A DNA stretch of 62,460 nt from Veleropilina oligotropha (lineage: Eukaryota). The stretch's first letter is position 1, and each line of letters opens with the position of its first letter. The stretch is from positions 62,001 through 124,460 of the forward strand of contig JBEUKZ010000076.1 of assembly GCA_048128005.1 (NCBI GenBank). Reading direction: 5' to 3'. The translations under genes were made by a program, and so were the position numbers. This document shows positions 12,601 through 24,600 of the stretch, in pieces. The notes under the pieces were generated by a model, which was not told where the DNA came from, ran no database searches, and saw only the letters and a list, made by a program, of their open reading frames with translations.

Positions 12601-15599
12601 TGAGTCGTCACTTGATACCGCACAACTACCGCGGCGACCTTATGAGGTAAGGATCGGATGATTAAAATATGGAGAGACAAAATGTTCAGGGAGAAGATCA
12701 CTCACAAAATTATTGACGTAGTTTTATGATACATTCAAGAAAGATAAGCCATCACTCATGAATATGTCAATGAAGATCCGGAGCTATTACTGAGTCTCTC
12801 CAATATTGTGACAACGACGATATATTCATCGCGATAACACTGCAATTGTAGGTATTTTAGAGAGACAAATGCATAGACATTCTAAGTAACATGGCTCGTC
12901 TGTCAACAGAAATCCATCTATCGATCACTACGACTGAAGGCGGAGAAGTTTTTAAAGGAAAGCATAGAAAAGGATCGATGCTTCTTATCCTGTATATTTC
13001 CAACCATTAATTTCAAAGCAGGACATGTCCGTATTATCGCGGGAGGAAGCCCGGTCGCTCGGGGAAACCCGCCCTCTCCGACCAGTTAAGGACAACTGTG
13101 ATTCATAACTGGATAGTGGGCAAATTTTTCAGGATGGTTCTAACATTTTCATTGAATCGCGTGAAAAATTTGCTGAAAACGAGCAAAAATAATGTCTAAT
13201 GACATAATATACTTAAATAAAGGCTATGATTTATGATAACATGTAATAAAAAAGAATAAACACGCATTTAATATAAGTGCAGAACAATTTGTTCTCTGTT
13301 CACTAAACATACATGTATCGATAATTGATAGATTGATCTTCATTCAATAATAATCGATACGACATTGTAAATGTTATTTTGTAAGAATGCGAATTTTACC
13401 AACTGCGTAACTGTTGCAGCAAATGGATATGGATGGAGCCGAAGCATCTCTTCGGTGAAATTGTCGTACATCTGCGAGATCAGCAAGGCAGAAACGTACA
13501 GAATTATCGAACAGAGACGAGATTTCAGTAAGTAGTAACAGAAAATGCATAGCTAAGCCAACCTTGATTAAGGCACGATTGTATCGACAAAATACTAACA
13601 CCACGCCTATATAAGAATTACACATGTCGTGATGTACCTCTTAAAGCACGCACTGTAGATAATATATATGTATGAAATTCACAGAAAAGGGACGGGGCAT
13701 GTTACGAAAATTAATTCCCTTTATAGGCTACACTAATGTTTCGTTAAATTGCTGTCACTTATGCCCCTCACGCGCGTTGGTATTCACGTTGTTTGAATGG
13801 TTTCCATATAAATTGTAACGTAACGTAAAGTAACGCTGTCGGCGACAGTCGGGAAATATTCCTGTCATCATCGTCATCGTTAAAATCAGATACAATCTGT
13901 CGCCGACAATGCTGCGTTGTATTACGTTACATTATAAGTTATATGGAAACCATGCTTTATCGCATTGCCAGCGATAAGATCGTGAATACTGCCGTCGAAC
14001 ATTATGTGGGAATATTAAAATAGTAGTTCAGCCTACATAACGTTGGCATATAGACATCAATGACCGAAAAGGACTACATGGTGTCAGTATCGTGTTGGAG
14101 AAGCTCACGAAATATTTTTCATACTCATTTCTGTTATTGCAGCTTACGGATCCGAGGTGCAAAATATGGATGACATTAAGCGGGGCCCACATTTCATCAC
14201 ACAACCCCTAAACACAGTTATCGTTGGGGCCACACCAAAGGTTTATTTAGAGTGTGCTGCGACAGGGAATCCTCAACCAACATTCAAATGGTTCCACGGC
14301 GAAAATTTAGACGAGATCGTCCATTCAAGCAACAGGTATACGGTAACCAACGGCAGGATTTTGATGACCGACCCTGCTGAGAGGTTTGACGCTGGTAAAT
14401 ACAGATGTGAAGCAGCAAATGAATTTGGAATAATAATGAGTGAAACGGTGCAGCTGTCCTTTGGTTGTAAGTATATGGTATTTACCAAACCATCCTGATC
14501 CAATATTATCCCCAAAATGATTGTATCAATTTAAGCATATTGTTCAGTCCTAACACATATATATTGTCGCGAGAGTATGTGGTGAAATCCATCCATCTCC
14601 GCCGGTGTTTGACTGTGACAGGCACTTTCGAAATATCTTAAAACAGAAGTCGACCCCACACTTACATTCAATTTAACTCATATGGTTTTCCAAATAAGAA
14701 TTGTTTATCTTGATTTCGCCGCGACTCCTCTGTTCTGATTGGCTGACGTTATTTTGTTCACTGACCGTGAACCCCGGCCAGCCTTGGTTCGTGGATCCTT
14801 GAACCACGGTGACGTCATTTCGCCGCGAATCTTCTGTTCTGATTGGCTAACTGGCCGTCAACGGAAATAACTCGGCCTTACTGAAACCGTAGATTGCTTT
14901 GCAAATGCCTGCTATGATCATAAATAACAAGTGTAATGAACCAAATCGGGACTCTGTTAATCAAGCCTCACGGTAAGAAATCAAGGTAAAATCAAGATAA
15001 AAACGTTGGCGAACAACGTCTTGGTAAACACGTTGGATTGAATACCTCATAACGTTAAACCACTCGGCTAGCGCCTGGTGGTTTAATCTTATTCTGTATT
15101 TAATCCACCGTATTTACCACGACGTCGTCCGACAACTTATAGTAATTGGCATTGTAGAACATCACTCGTATCGCAGTTTGTGTTTCTAGTTTAAGTAGGC
15201 CTATAACTTTGATTTGAATGGGATATTACTAGGATTGTAAAAATAACGGTCAAACGTTCCTGATTGAGCCTATCAAGTGTTATTGATCTTTGCATCCACT
15301 GTCAAGCACTCATTGGTATCAACGTTGTCAACCTTCCATGATCTGACGGCAACTATACATGCAACGTTACTGGAGCGTAGCCAAACAGAATGAATATTGT
15401 ACAAAATAATGCTTCTCAATGTTCGGTAACGGTAACAAGATTTTGATTTATTTTGAATCAGTTTAGTTTTACGATCACACTTTACCATTTTTATGTCTTG
15501 ACCTTTTTGTAAAAAAGGACAAGACATTATCAAATGGTCCGTGTGTATATACATATATACTTATATACTTATATACTTATATACTTATATACTTATATA

Positions 15600-15689
<90 letters not shown>

Positions 15690-18600
15690 GATTTATTTGA
15701 AAACTACCCGCTCAATTTTCACCAAAATTGGTACACACATTCCCAAGAGTATTTGTAGGTCGTGTATATAACTTTCGCGCCACAATTTTGCAAAAATATG
15801 CATTTATTTGGGCACTTTTATCCATATTTGTATATAACGGATGTCTAATATTGCAAGCAAATGGCAATGACGTCATTACGACGTCGCCTTAGATTAATCG
15901 TCATTTGGTGACGTCACATTCGACGGGGTAGTAAATTAAGCCATGAAGTACTTGCACTTAGCCATTGTATTAACTGTTATGAAAATTTGAGGGAAATAAA
16001 GAAAGGTCAAGACATATTTCGAACGCGTCGTTCTTGTTCTATTGTGCTTATGGTTCGACTGGACCACGCCAACTTGTCGTTTTCCTTTGGTTGTTGAGCT
16101 TAGGCGAATCTTTTGTAATGTATACATGTTGTCTTGTGTGTGTCGCTGTGTACACAACGTTTTGGAAATACCAAGGAGGAGGAGGAGGAATTATGCTTAA
16201 TGTCCTGTATATTTATAACATCGAGGTTCAAGGCAGGACATGTCCGTGTTATCGCGGGAGGAAACACCGGTCGCCCGGTAAACCCGCCCTCTTCGGCCAG
16301 TCACGGACAACTGTGCTTCATAACTTGAACAAATGTGTGCTGCCTCAGCCGGGGGTCGATCCCACTACTGTTCGCGTCAGCGGAAACAAGCCAGTGAATT
16401 TAGAGTGGACACTCTACCCACTGCGCTACCGAAGCGGCCTGGAAATACCAAGTCTCTGCATACAAATTGGTGTTTGTTGACATAGAAATTTTGGTTAAAG
16501 TTTCTGGTTAAAGTTTTTCATTGAGTGTATATGGGTTGTTGAAACAACATTTTGGTGTATGTATGCTTTGGTATTGATAATATGAATGTCAACTGATAAG
16601 TATAAGTGATTAGTATAATTATTGCATAAAAATAGGTGTTTGTGGACATCAAAATTTTGGTTAAAGTTTTGTTTAAATTTTCACAGGGCATATGGGTTGT
16701 TCTAAGGCACTGTTTTACATCCATATACTTTAGTGTTGACTATATAGATGCTGCTCCTTCATCTGCAAGTGATTTATAATATAAATAACATGTGAAATTA
16801 GTGTTTGTGGACATAGACATTTTTGGTAAAGTTGAGTGAATTTTCACTCTGTTCAATTATTGCATACATATTCTTTGGTGATGCTTATATTGATACCACC
16901 TTTTACTCTAGCAATGGTATTGAATATTATTTTGTATAAATATTGAAGAAACTTGATGTGTTTGGACATATAAATTTTGGTTATACAGTTTATATCGGAG
17001 TGATTGCGGAAGGCGGGGGATGAATCCGTTTTCTAACGGGCTCTTGTCTGGATTCTACTGATCGCCACCGATGAAATAACATATGTATTTATCTGCCTTT
17101 TATGTATTTAAAAAAAGTCTTGTGATTCGATTTCAATGTTAATTTTAACAGCATAAAAAAGAGCGCTATTTGTGGCAATACTACTATTGATAACATGTGA
17201 TTTTACTTTTCAGTTCTTGCGGAATTTTCGAACGTTGGAAACGGCAGATTGACTGCAAATAGTCGACATGGATTTGTAGTGTCGTGTGAGACGCCATCAT
17301 ATAAGCCACGTGAGTTTATACATATTTATGTTTTTACCCACATGTATATACTATTGTACAATGTAAAAGACATATATTTTTTGGCTTTTTGGCTCGCATG
17401 TAACGCAAATGTGAGTCTATGTAATGAGCATGTCGTCTGGCCGTTAGAATTTATGAATCATGCTATATAAGCAACAATATACATGTTTTAACATTACTAC
17501 AAGCTAGATATCACCAATTCATTGTTATCTGACACTAAATAAATAATATTGAAGGTTGTTTTAATCCAATTTTACCATAAATTGCTGATTTTGGTTAGAG
17601 TTTCTCAATTATGCAATATAAGCAACAGTATGCATGTTTTAACATTAGCAAATGCTATGTATCACTATTTCGTTGTTACCTGACCCTAAATAAATAATAC
17701 TGAAGGTAATTTAATTTAAATTTTAAAATAAAATGTCAATTTTGAACTTTCGTTAAAGTTTTTGATTTAAGATTCTCAAGCATGATATATGTGCAACAAT
17801 AGGCATACTTTTGTATCGTTCATTGTCATCTAACCCAAGAGTAGAAATATTGAGAGCAATTTAATCGAAATTTACCTATAAATTACCCCTTTTGGACGTA
17901 GAAATTAGAACATTTTGCTATTAATACAAATTCAAATTGACAATGTCATCTACTATTGAATGTGAACACAATACTCATGAAATATAAGTGATTGATGCGC
18001 ATTTTCACACATGGAAGCCATTTCGAGCTTTTGCTTTTTTAGCAAATATTTTTACAAGTTGTTACATCGGTAGTCGAGTGGATAAGATGCTGCGCTTTCA
18101 ATTCATTTTCTTGAATGCTCTGTCTAACAGAAGTGGGTTCGAATCCTCGGTTGAACTCTATAATCTTTTAACAGTTACAGTTTTCTATAAATGATCAGTG
18201 ACGACTTATTTCCCGGATAAAACGGACGTATCCCGGCATGAACCTGAAGTTTGTTTAAAACGGGGATATTAATCACATCGATATAAAACAGTTCAACATA
18301 TTGCCCAAAAATAATGTGTAACTGAACTTGAATTGAATTATTTTTAGGGATCAGAGTTAAATGGAGGAAGGTTTCCCTGTCTGACAGGAGGTCATCCTTT
18401 ATTTACCCAGAATTAGATTCACATTTGTTTGTATCCGAAAATGGAGGTCTGTATATCTCAGAAGCCAGTGTCGACGATGAGGGATATTACTCGTGTCACG
18501 TGACCCTGGTTGGGAACACCGCGCACGTCATAGGATTGCCTCAGACAATTATAAGAATGAGTGTACCTAGGCTACTGGAAGTAAAAGAAGAAGGTATTAA

Positions 18601-21600
18601 CCAATCAAACAATAAATTTGAACGTCAATTAGTTTGTGTTCATTACATATAAGTTTATTTAGTGATGCTAGTTATTCAACTGGAAGGTGTCCTATCTAAG
18701 ACATTTATTTTAAAGCTGTCTCGATGTCGTCTTTATGTGATTTCAATAAGAAGGAAAGTAATAACTAAATAAAGTGTTAAATTATTTAAATTTGTTTCCA
18801 GACGAAGTTTTAATCAATCAACATAAGAAGTAATATGTACTGTAGTTCGGGTGTGCCATGAGACGAATTCATGCAGCTTGTGAATATCATCTCTTGTCTT
18901 TTAGGAGCTAATGATTTCGGACCGATTATACATGATGACTTTATCGCGGTGTTTCCCCCTACGACTCTACATGGAGACACCATAAGAATGGAGTGTTTTG
19001 CTTTTGGCACGTATGTATTGTGGAATATGTCAAATATTCACTGAAATGTCGTTTTTATGCAAACAAATGTAGTGAACATAGGGCATATAATGGATATTTA
19101 ATGTATGCAATACAATCGGTTTTGCAAACACACAAGCACACGCAAACAGATCATGCGTAACATAGCTATTCCAATGAAACAAACACTTAGTCAAGTTGTC
19201 ATGTGTCATACGATTTTATTCCTTTATTTATTTGTGACTTATACAATGCTTTAGGTCGCTATTTTACATTGAAATAATGGTAATATCATCTTTCGACGAG
19301 CTATACTGATCTATGCCTTCCAGACTCCCACTGATTTACCGTTGGTCACGGGAAAACGGAGAATTACCTGCGTCAGTATCGTATCCTGACAAATATAACA
19401 GGATAATCCAGATAAGTAAAGTTCAGATCGAGGACGGAGGTGTGTACACGTGCCATGTTCAAAGGACCAGCATACACACGGCCACCAAGAGTATATTGCT
19501 CCAGGTGCAAGGTAGGCAACACACATCTTTGAATTGTTAGTGATTTGTGTGCAATTAATAATAATAATGTAAGTATTGGTTACTAACCGAGTTGGAGGTA
19601 TTCATCGATTTGAAAGACCCGCGCCCGTGCGGATCGTGACACCGAGACCGCGAAGCGGTCGAGGTGTTGCCGCACGGAAGCAGGTCTTTCAAATCGATGA
19701 ATACCGACTAACAAGGTTTGAAACCGACTTACACAAAGGCCAATTAGCTCCTTTGAATATATTAATTACCGCCAAATTGGATATGAACATCAGAGGATTG
19801 TTGGTAAAATTCGTGATATTGCGAATATATCCACATTCAAAATGGCAGCCGAGGAGTACGACACCGATGCGATATTATCCCAAGCGCTTGATATGGTAGA
19901 AGAGAGTCAGGAAAATGAAATATTTATTACGCAAAACACTTTCGTTGCCGACAGCTTGAATAATTTAGAAAACGCTGACCAAAATATGCTATTTGCTGTG
20001 GGTGATTCGTCCGATATCGGGGCTGTTGGTGTTTCTGAGAGTAAGACTATGCCTGCTCATTATATAATGCAGCATCTTTTTTAGTAGATTTAAGTCCAAG
20101 ATTCGACTTGGTGTCTGATGATCAAGTGGCAAATATGTCGAAGCCATTAATTCCTGAAAACACCAAAAGGAAAAACGCATGGGCTCTGAATTTATACGAG
20201 AAGTGGAGGCGTCAGCTTCTGGAAAACGGCGGTAACAACCCTGATGTTATCCGAATTATAACATCAGTGCCTGAATTAGTAAAACTCACTGCCGAGCAAT
20301 TAAACCGTGTTCTGTCGGTTTTTATATTATCCTTGAAAAAAGCTGATGGCGGGGAATATACCAGTGGCAGCATCTTTTCTCTGGTCACGGCAATACAGAG
20401 GCATCTAGAGTTAAACGGAAGAAACGTATCACTTCTGAATGACCATCGATTCCGTCAACTAACAAATTGCATAGATAACATAATGCAGGAGAAAACAAGG
20501 CAGGGGTTAGGTCTAAATAAAAAAACAAGCACAGGTAATTACAATCGAACAAGATAATGTTCTATGGAATAAAGAGATGCTGGGAAATGAAAATCCACAG
20601 TCCCTCCTTTATGCAATGTTTTGGACAGTAGGGCTCAACTTTGGCTTAAGAGGGGGAGAAGAACATAGAAAGCTTACTATGGATAATTTTAAAATTGGAA
20701 CAGACACCAATGGAAATGAATACCTTGAGTATTGCGAAAGCATGTCCAAAACATACAAGGGCGGACTCAAACATCGCAAGGTTGATCCACACAAAGCCCG
20801 CGCATACGGCAATGATGATCGGAACCGTTGTCCCGTTAGTCTCTTTAGGAAATATCAATCAAAACGTCCCTTAAATTCAAGTCCATCGAATTTTTATTTA
20901 CAGCCGCTAACGAAGCCTAAAGTTGATATATGGTACGCGTTGAGTCCCGTGGGTCACAACAAGTTACAGAATATCGTTAAATCTTTGACCGCTGCGGCTG
21001 GGTTCGTGGGATTCTATACAAACCACTCACTTAGGGCAACAACAGCAACCAGATTGTTTCAGGGAAACATTCCTGACCAAATGATCATGGCACAAACTGG
21101 CCACCGTGGTAGTGCAGTTTTTGTGTACAAGAGACCAAGCGATGCGCAAAAACAAAATGTATCAAAAGTTCTACAAACCATGGCACCCAAATGCGAGAAA
21201 GCGACAGCAGAAATTCAACCTAAACCGTCTGGCAATTCAATTTCTAGAACAAATTTATTGCCATCAAATAATGAAAATATATTTCATATCACTAATTCAG
21301 AAATTCATATCCATATGTCTAACTAAAATCTGATGCCATGTACAACTGTAAAAACAACTTATTTCGATAAAATATTTCTTGCTAATCATATATTTATTAT
21401 TGTGAAATGTGTTTAGTGTAGCCAGATTGTATGTTTATTTTCTATGCCATCAGGTCCAACAACCATCCTAATTGGACCAATTAGCCACGACACATAACAT
21501 TATTATCCCGTTAATGAGTGTGTTGTTGTCAATTTCTCTTGTGATCAGCTTTAGCCGTCTTGCACGGACGCAGGTCGGTATAGAGTGAAAAGTAGGGCGG

Positions 21601-24600
21601 TATGGCTATACCAACCTACTTTTGACTTCAAACCGCCCTGTGCACGAGGATTTCAATTGAAAACAAGGTGTTCACGCTGAATACCAACCTCTTCAAAACA
21701 AAAGAGCCGTTGTGTAATGGTCTTATAATAACTTATATAGCACAGTCTTACGCACATGTCTGGGAGCATTACAGTCATTTACACGCAGGTAGTGCCATGA
21801 CTTACATAAATGCCAACCATGCAGGTACCCATTCAGAACGGCTGGGTGGACCGAGGCAAATATATGCTTATTTCCTTGCCCAAGTGAAATCGCCGAGCTT
21901 TGGGGGCGAACTCGACACTCTGTGACCAGAGTCCCATGAACAACCCACTGAGCCACGACGGCACATAATATCATGCTAAATCAAAACGTTATAATTATGT
22001 AAACGAACGGGAACAAACCCCAACAAGAGGATAAATCATGCTGGGTTTTCACCTCTTTAATTATAAATGAATTATTTCCTTGTCGACGCTGCACAAGCAC
22101 TGATGTCCGAATGCTTCTCCGATTGACACTTTGTGAACATAACAGTCGAAATTGCCCATAGCTGATCGGTGCGATAGGGTTTTCACGGGTGATCGGACTT
22201 TCTTATCGCGATATTATGAACAAGCCCTGGTACGACCCTGAAAGGTTTTAATTTGGTATCCAAGTATCTTTATTGCTATATACTTTGTTTTACTATCTGC
22301 TTCATAGATATGATGTATTGTGGTTGGTCAACGGCCTAAATTAACAATGATTGATTGGTTGCTAAAGTCTATCAGTCAATAATGCCAGTAATTTTAAGTT
22401 TTTCAAGAACAATTATTATTAACTAATGCGCTTGAATGCATACAAGTATTCATACCATTAAACTCGATGTCTACGAATTATCTTGGCGTGCTTGTTGCAT
22501 AAATTTATTATATGCACAAAATTAAAATTTCAGAGCGAATAGTTACTCATAAATAATAATTTCCTGTTACCTTGGAGTATGTGCCGCTTACGGTTAGATA
22601 ATCATGACTACGTAACAGTGAACATCAAAATGTATTATATTTTAGATTAATTTTATAAGGTTAATTGAAATAAAATGACACCAACGTCAAGGCGTATGCC
22701 GTATATCTAACAAGAATGGTTGTTGATACGGAATGGACAACGACGCGACATGATCAACTAATCAGAAATATTCTGCATTATAAAAAGCGTGCGGAATTGC
22801 CAATCACGTGAAATCTATTACGTCAATAGTAATTACGTACTTATAGTTATTCCATTAATTGCGCTACCGTACCAATATTTAACCATCCACAAGTGTTGAC
22901 ATACATTTTCAATATTGTATTTTCATATCTTTGTCTGATTGTATAATTGTAATTATCCAGTTGATACTGTTTGTTTCCAGCAAAACCTTATTTCGTATAC
23001 AACTTGACTAATCAGCATTTGGACAAGGGCAAACAGCTAACATGGCGCTGCGAAGCTAGAGCTGTTCCTAGGCCTACGTATAGGTGGTATAAGAACGCTC
23101 GCGTTCTGGATGACGTCATAGGTGACGTCGAGATCGATAACAACGTGCTGGTCATCCGGGAGGTTAATGATCGTCATCAGGGCATGTACCAATGCGAGGC
23201 AACAAACATGCACGGAGCAACTTACAGTACTGCCCAACTGCGAGTTCTTTGTAAGAATATTGCTATATACTTAAACATTGCCCACTACAACAGTTACTAG
23301 TCCGCATGTTTTAAAACTAACATTTCTTCGTCAATCCCTTTCTTTCTATCTCACATATAACTTTATCTCAACCCCACCCCCTAGAGACACACATTACACA
23401 ATTTTGCAGACCATATGCGATTAAAAGAACAACGATTTCGCAACACAATAATTATTATTGAAATGGGTGATCTTCTTTACATTGAAAAGATTTCACATTC
23501 GTGCGTGACATGAATTAAGTTATAGTACTAGTTGTGCATTGCAAAATAATGACCGAAATAACATAAGACAGTATTATGTGCATGTCAAAACGTTCAGGTC
23601 GCTTTAATGACCGAAATGTATAAACGCAAGTGAACACTGGAGAATGCAAAACTACACTGAACGTATAAGCGATTCCATATATAGCTTTTTCATTTTGTAA
23701 TCAAGTAAATTTAGTAAATCGCATCCACCAATAAAGCAAAAAATTGTTACTAGACATTTTTTTTAAAGTTTCAGACTGATGCAATATAAAGGAAGAGCGC
23801 TACACACGTTGGTGATAAAAAAGTTTAAGTGACCACAGAATAAACTATCACATTTAAGCATAACTAGGCCGCTCCGGTAGCCTTTTGGTAAAGAGTGCTA
23901 TGACTAAAACCTGGATTCCATATACTTGTAACGGAACGTAGCGCAATGCAGCGCTGTCGGCAACAATCGGAACCGATCGCAGACTGTTGGCGACAAGGTG
24001 TTTCCATATAAATTTTAACATAAGCGATGCTGGACGATTGTGACCAATACACTTTGACATTTCACTTCTTGTGCAAAGATGGCGGTAATAAACAGGAGAT
24101 TTGAGCTTTTAAGGTTGCTCTGTTTGCTTGCGATACTCGCCGATCGGCTTCCATATGACTTGAAACGCAACGTAACGATCGCAAAAGTTGAACAGCGTTC
24201 AACTCTACGATTCATCGGCGATCAGTCGCCGAATGATCGCCGATGAATCTGGAGTGCGTTTCCATATAATCGTTACCAGTCGGCGACCGTCGGCGACTGT
24301 CGCCGACAGCCTTACGTTGGATAGAAAACGTTGGTTGGAAACCCTGGGGCGGGTTGTATATCGACAGTGCTATCCAGCGCTGAACAGCGGTTACGTAATC
24401 AAAAGATCGGCAATAATCGCCGCTCTCAGTAGTTGACAGGAAAGACTACCAAATAATTTATATAAAACTATTTTTTAGAAATCATTTGACTAGTTTTATA
24501 TAAACCCTTTGATTAGTTTTATATAAACCATTTGACTAGTTTTATATAAACCATTTGACTAGTTTTATATGAATCATTTTGCTGCATTTTCACTGCAGAC

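Noticed and set aside
16034..16480. Recurrent [21 protein letters not shown]... (also 28709, 30379, 43976)
   Set aside because: Antisense reading of the SINE copies, not a gene family.
19576..19899. 107-aa ORF upstream of the recombinase
   Set aside because: Runs through the terminal hairpin, has a non-ATG start and no recognisable domain.
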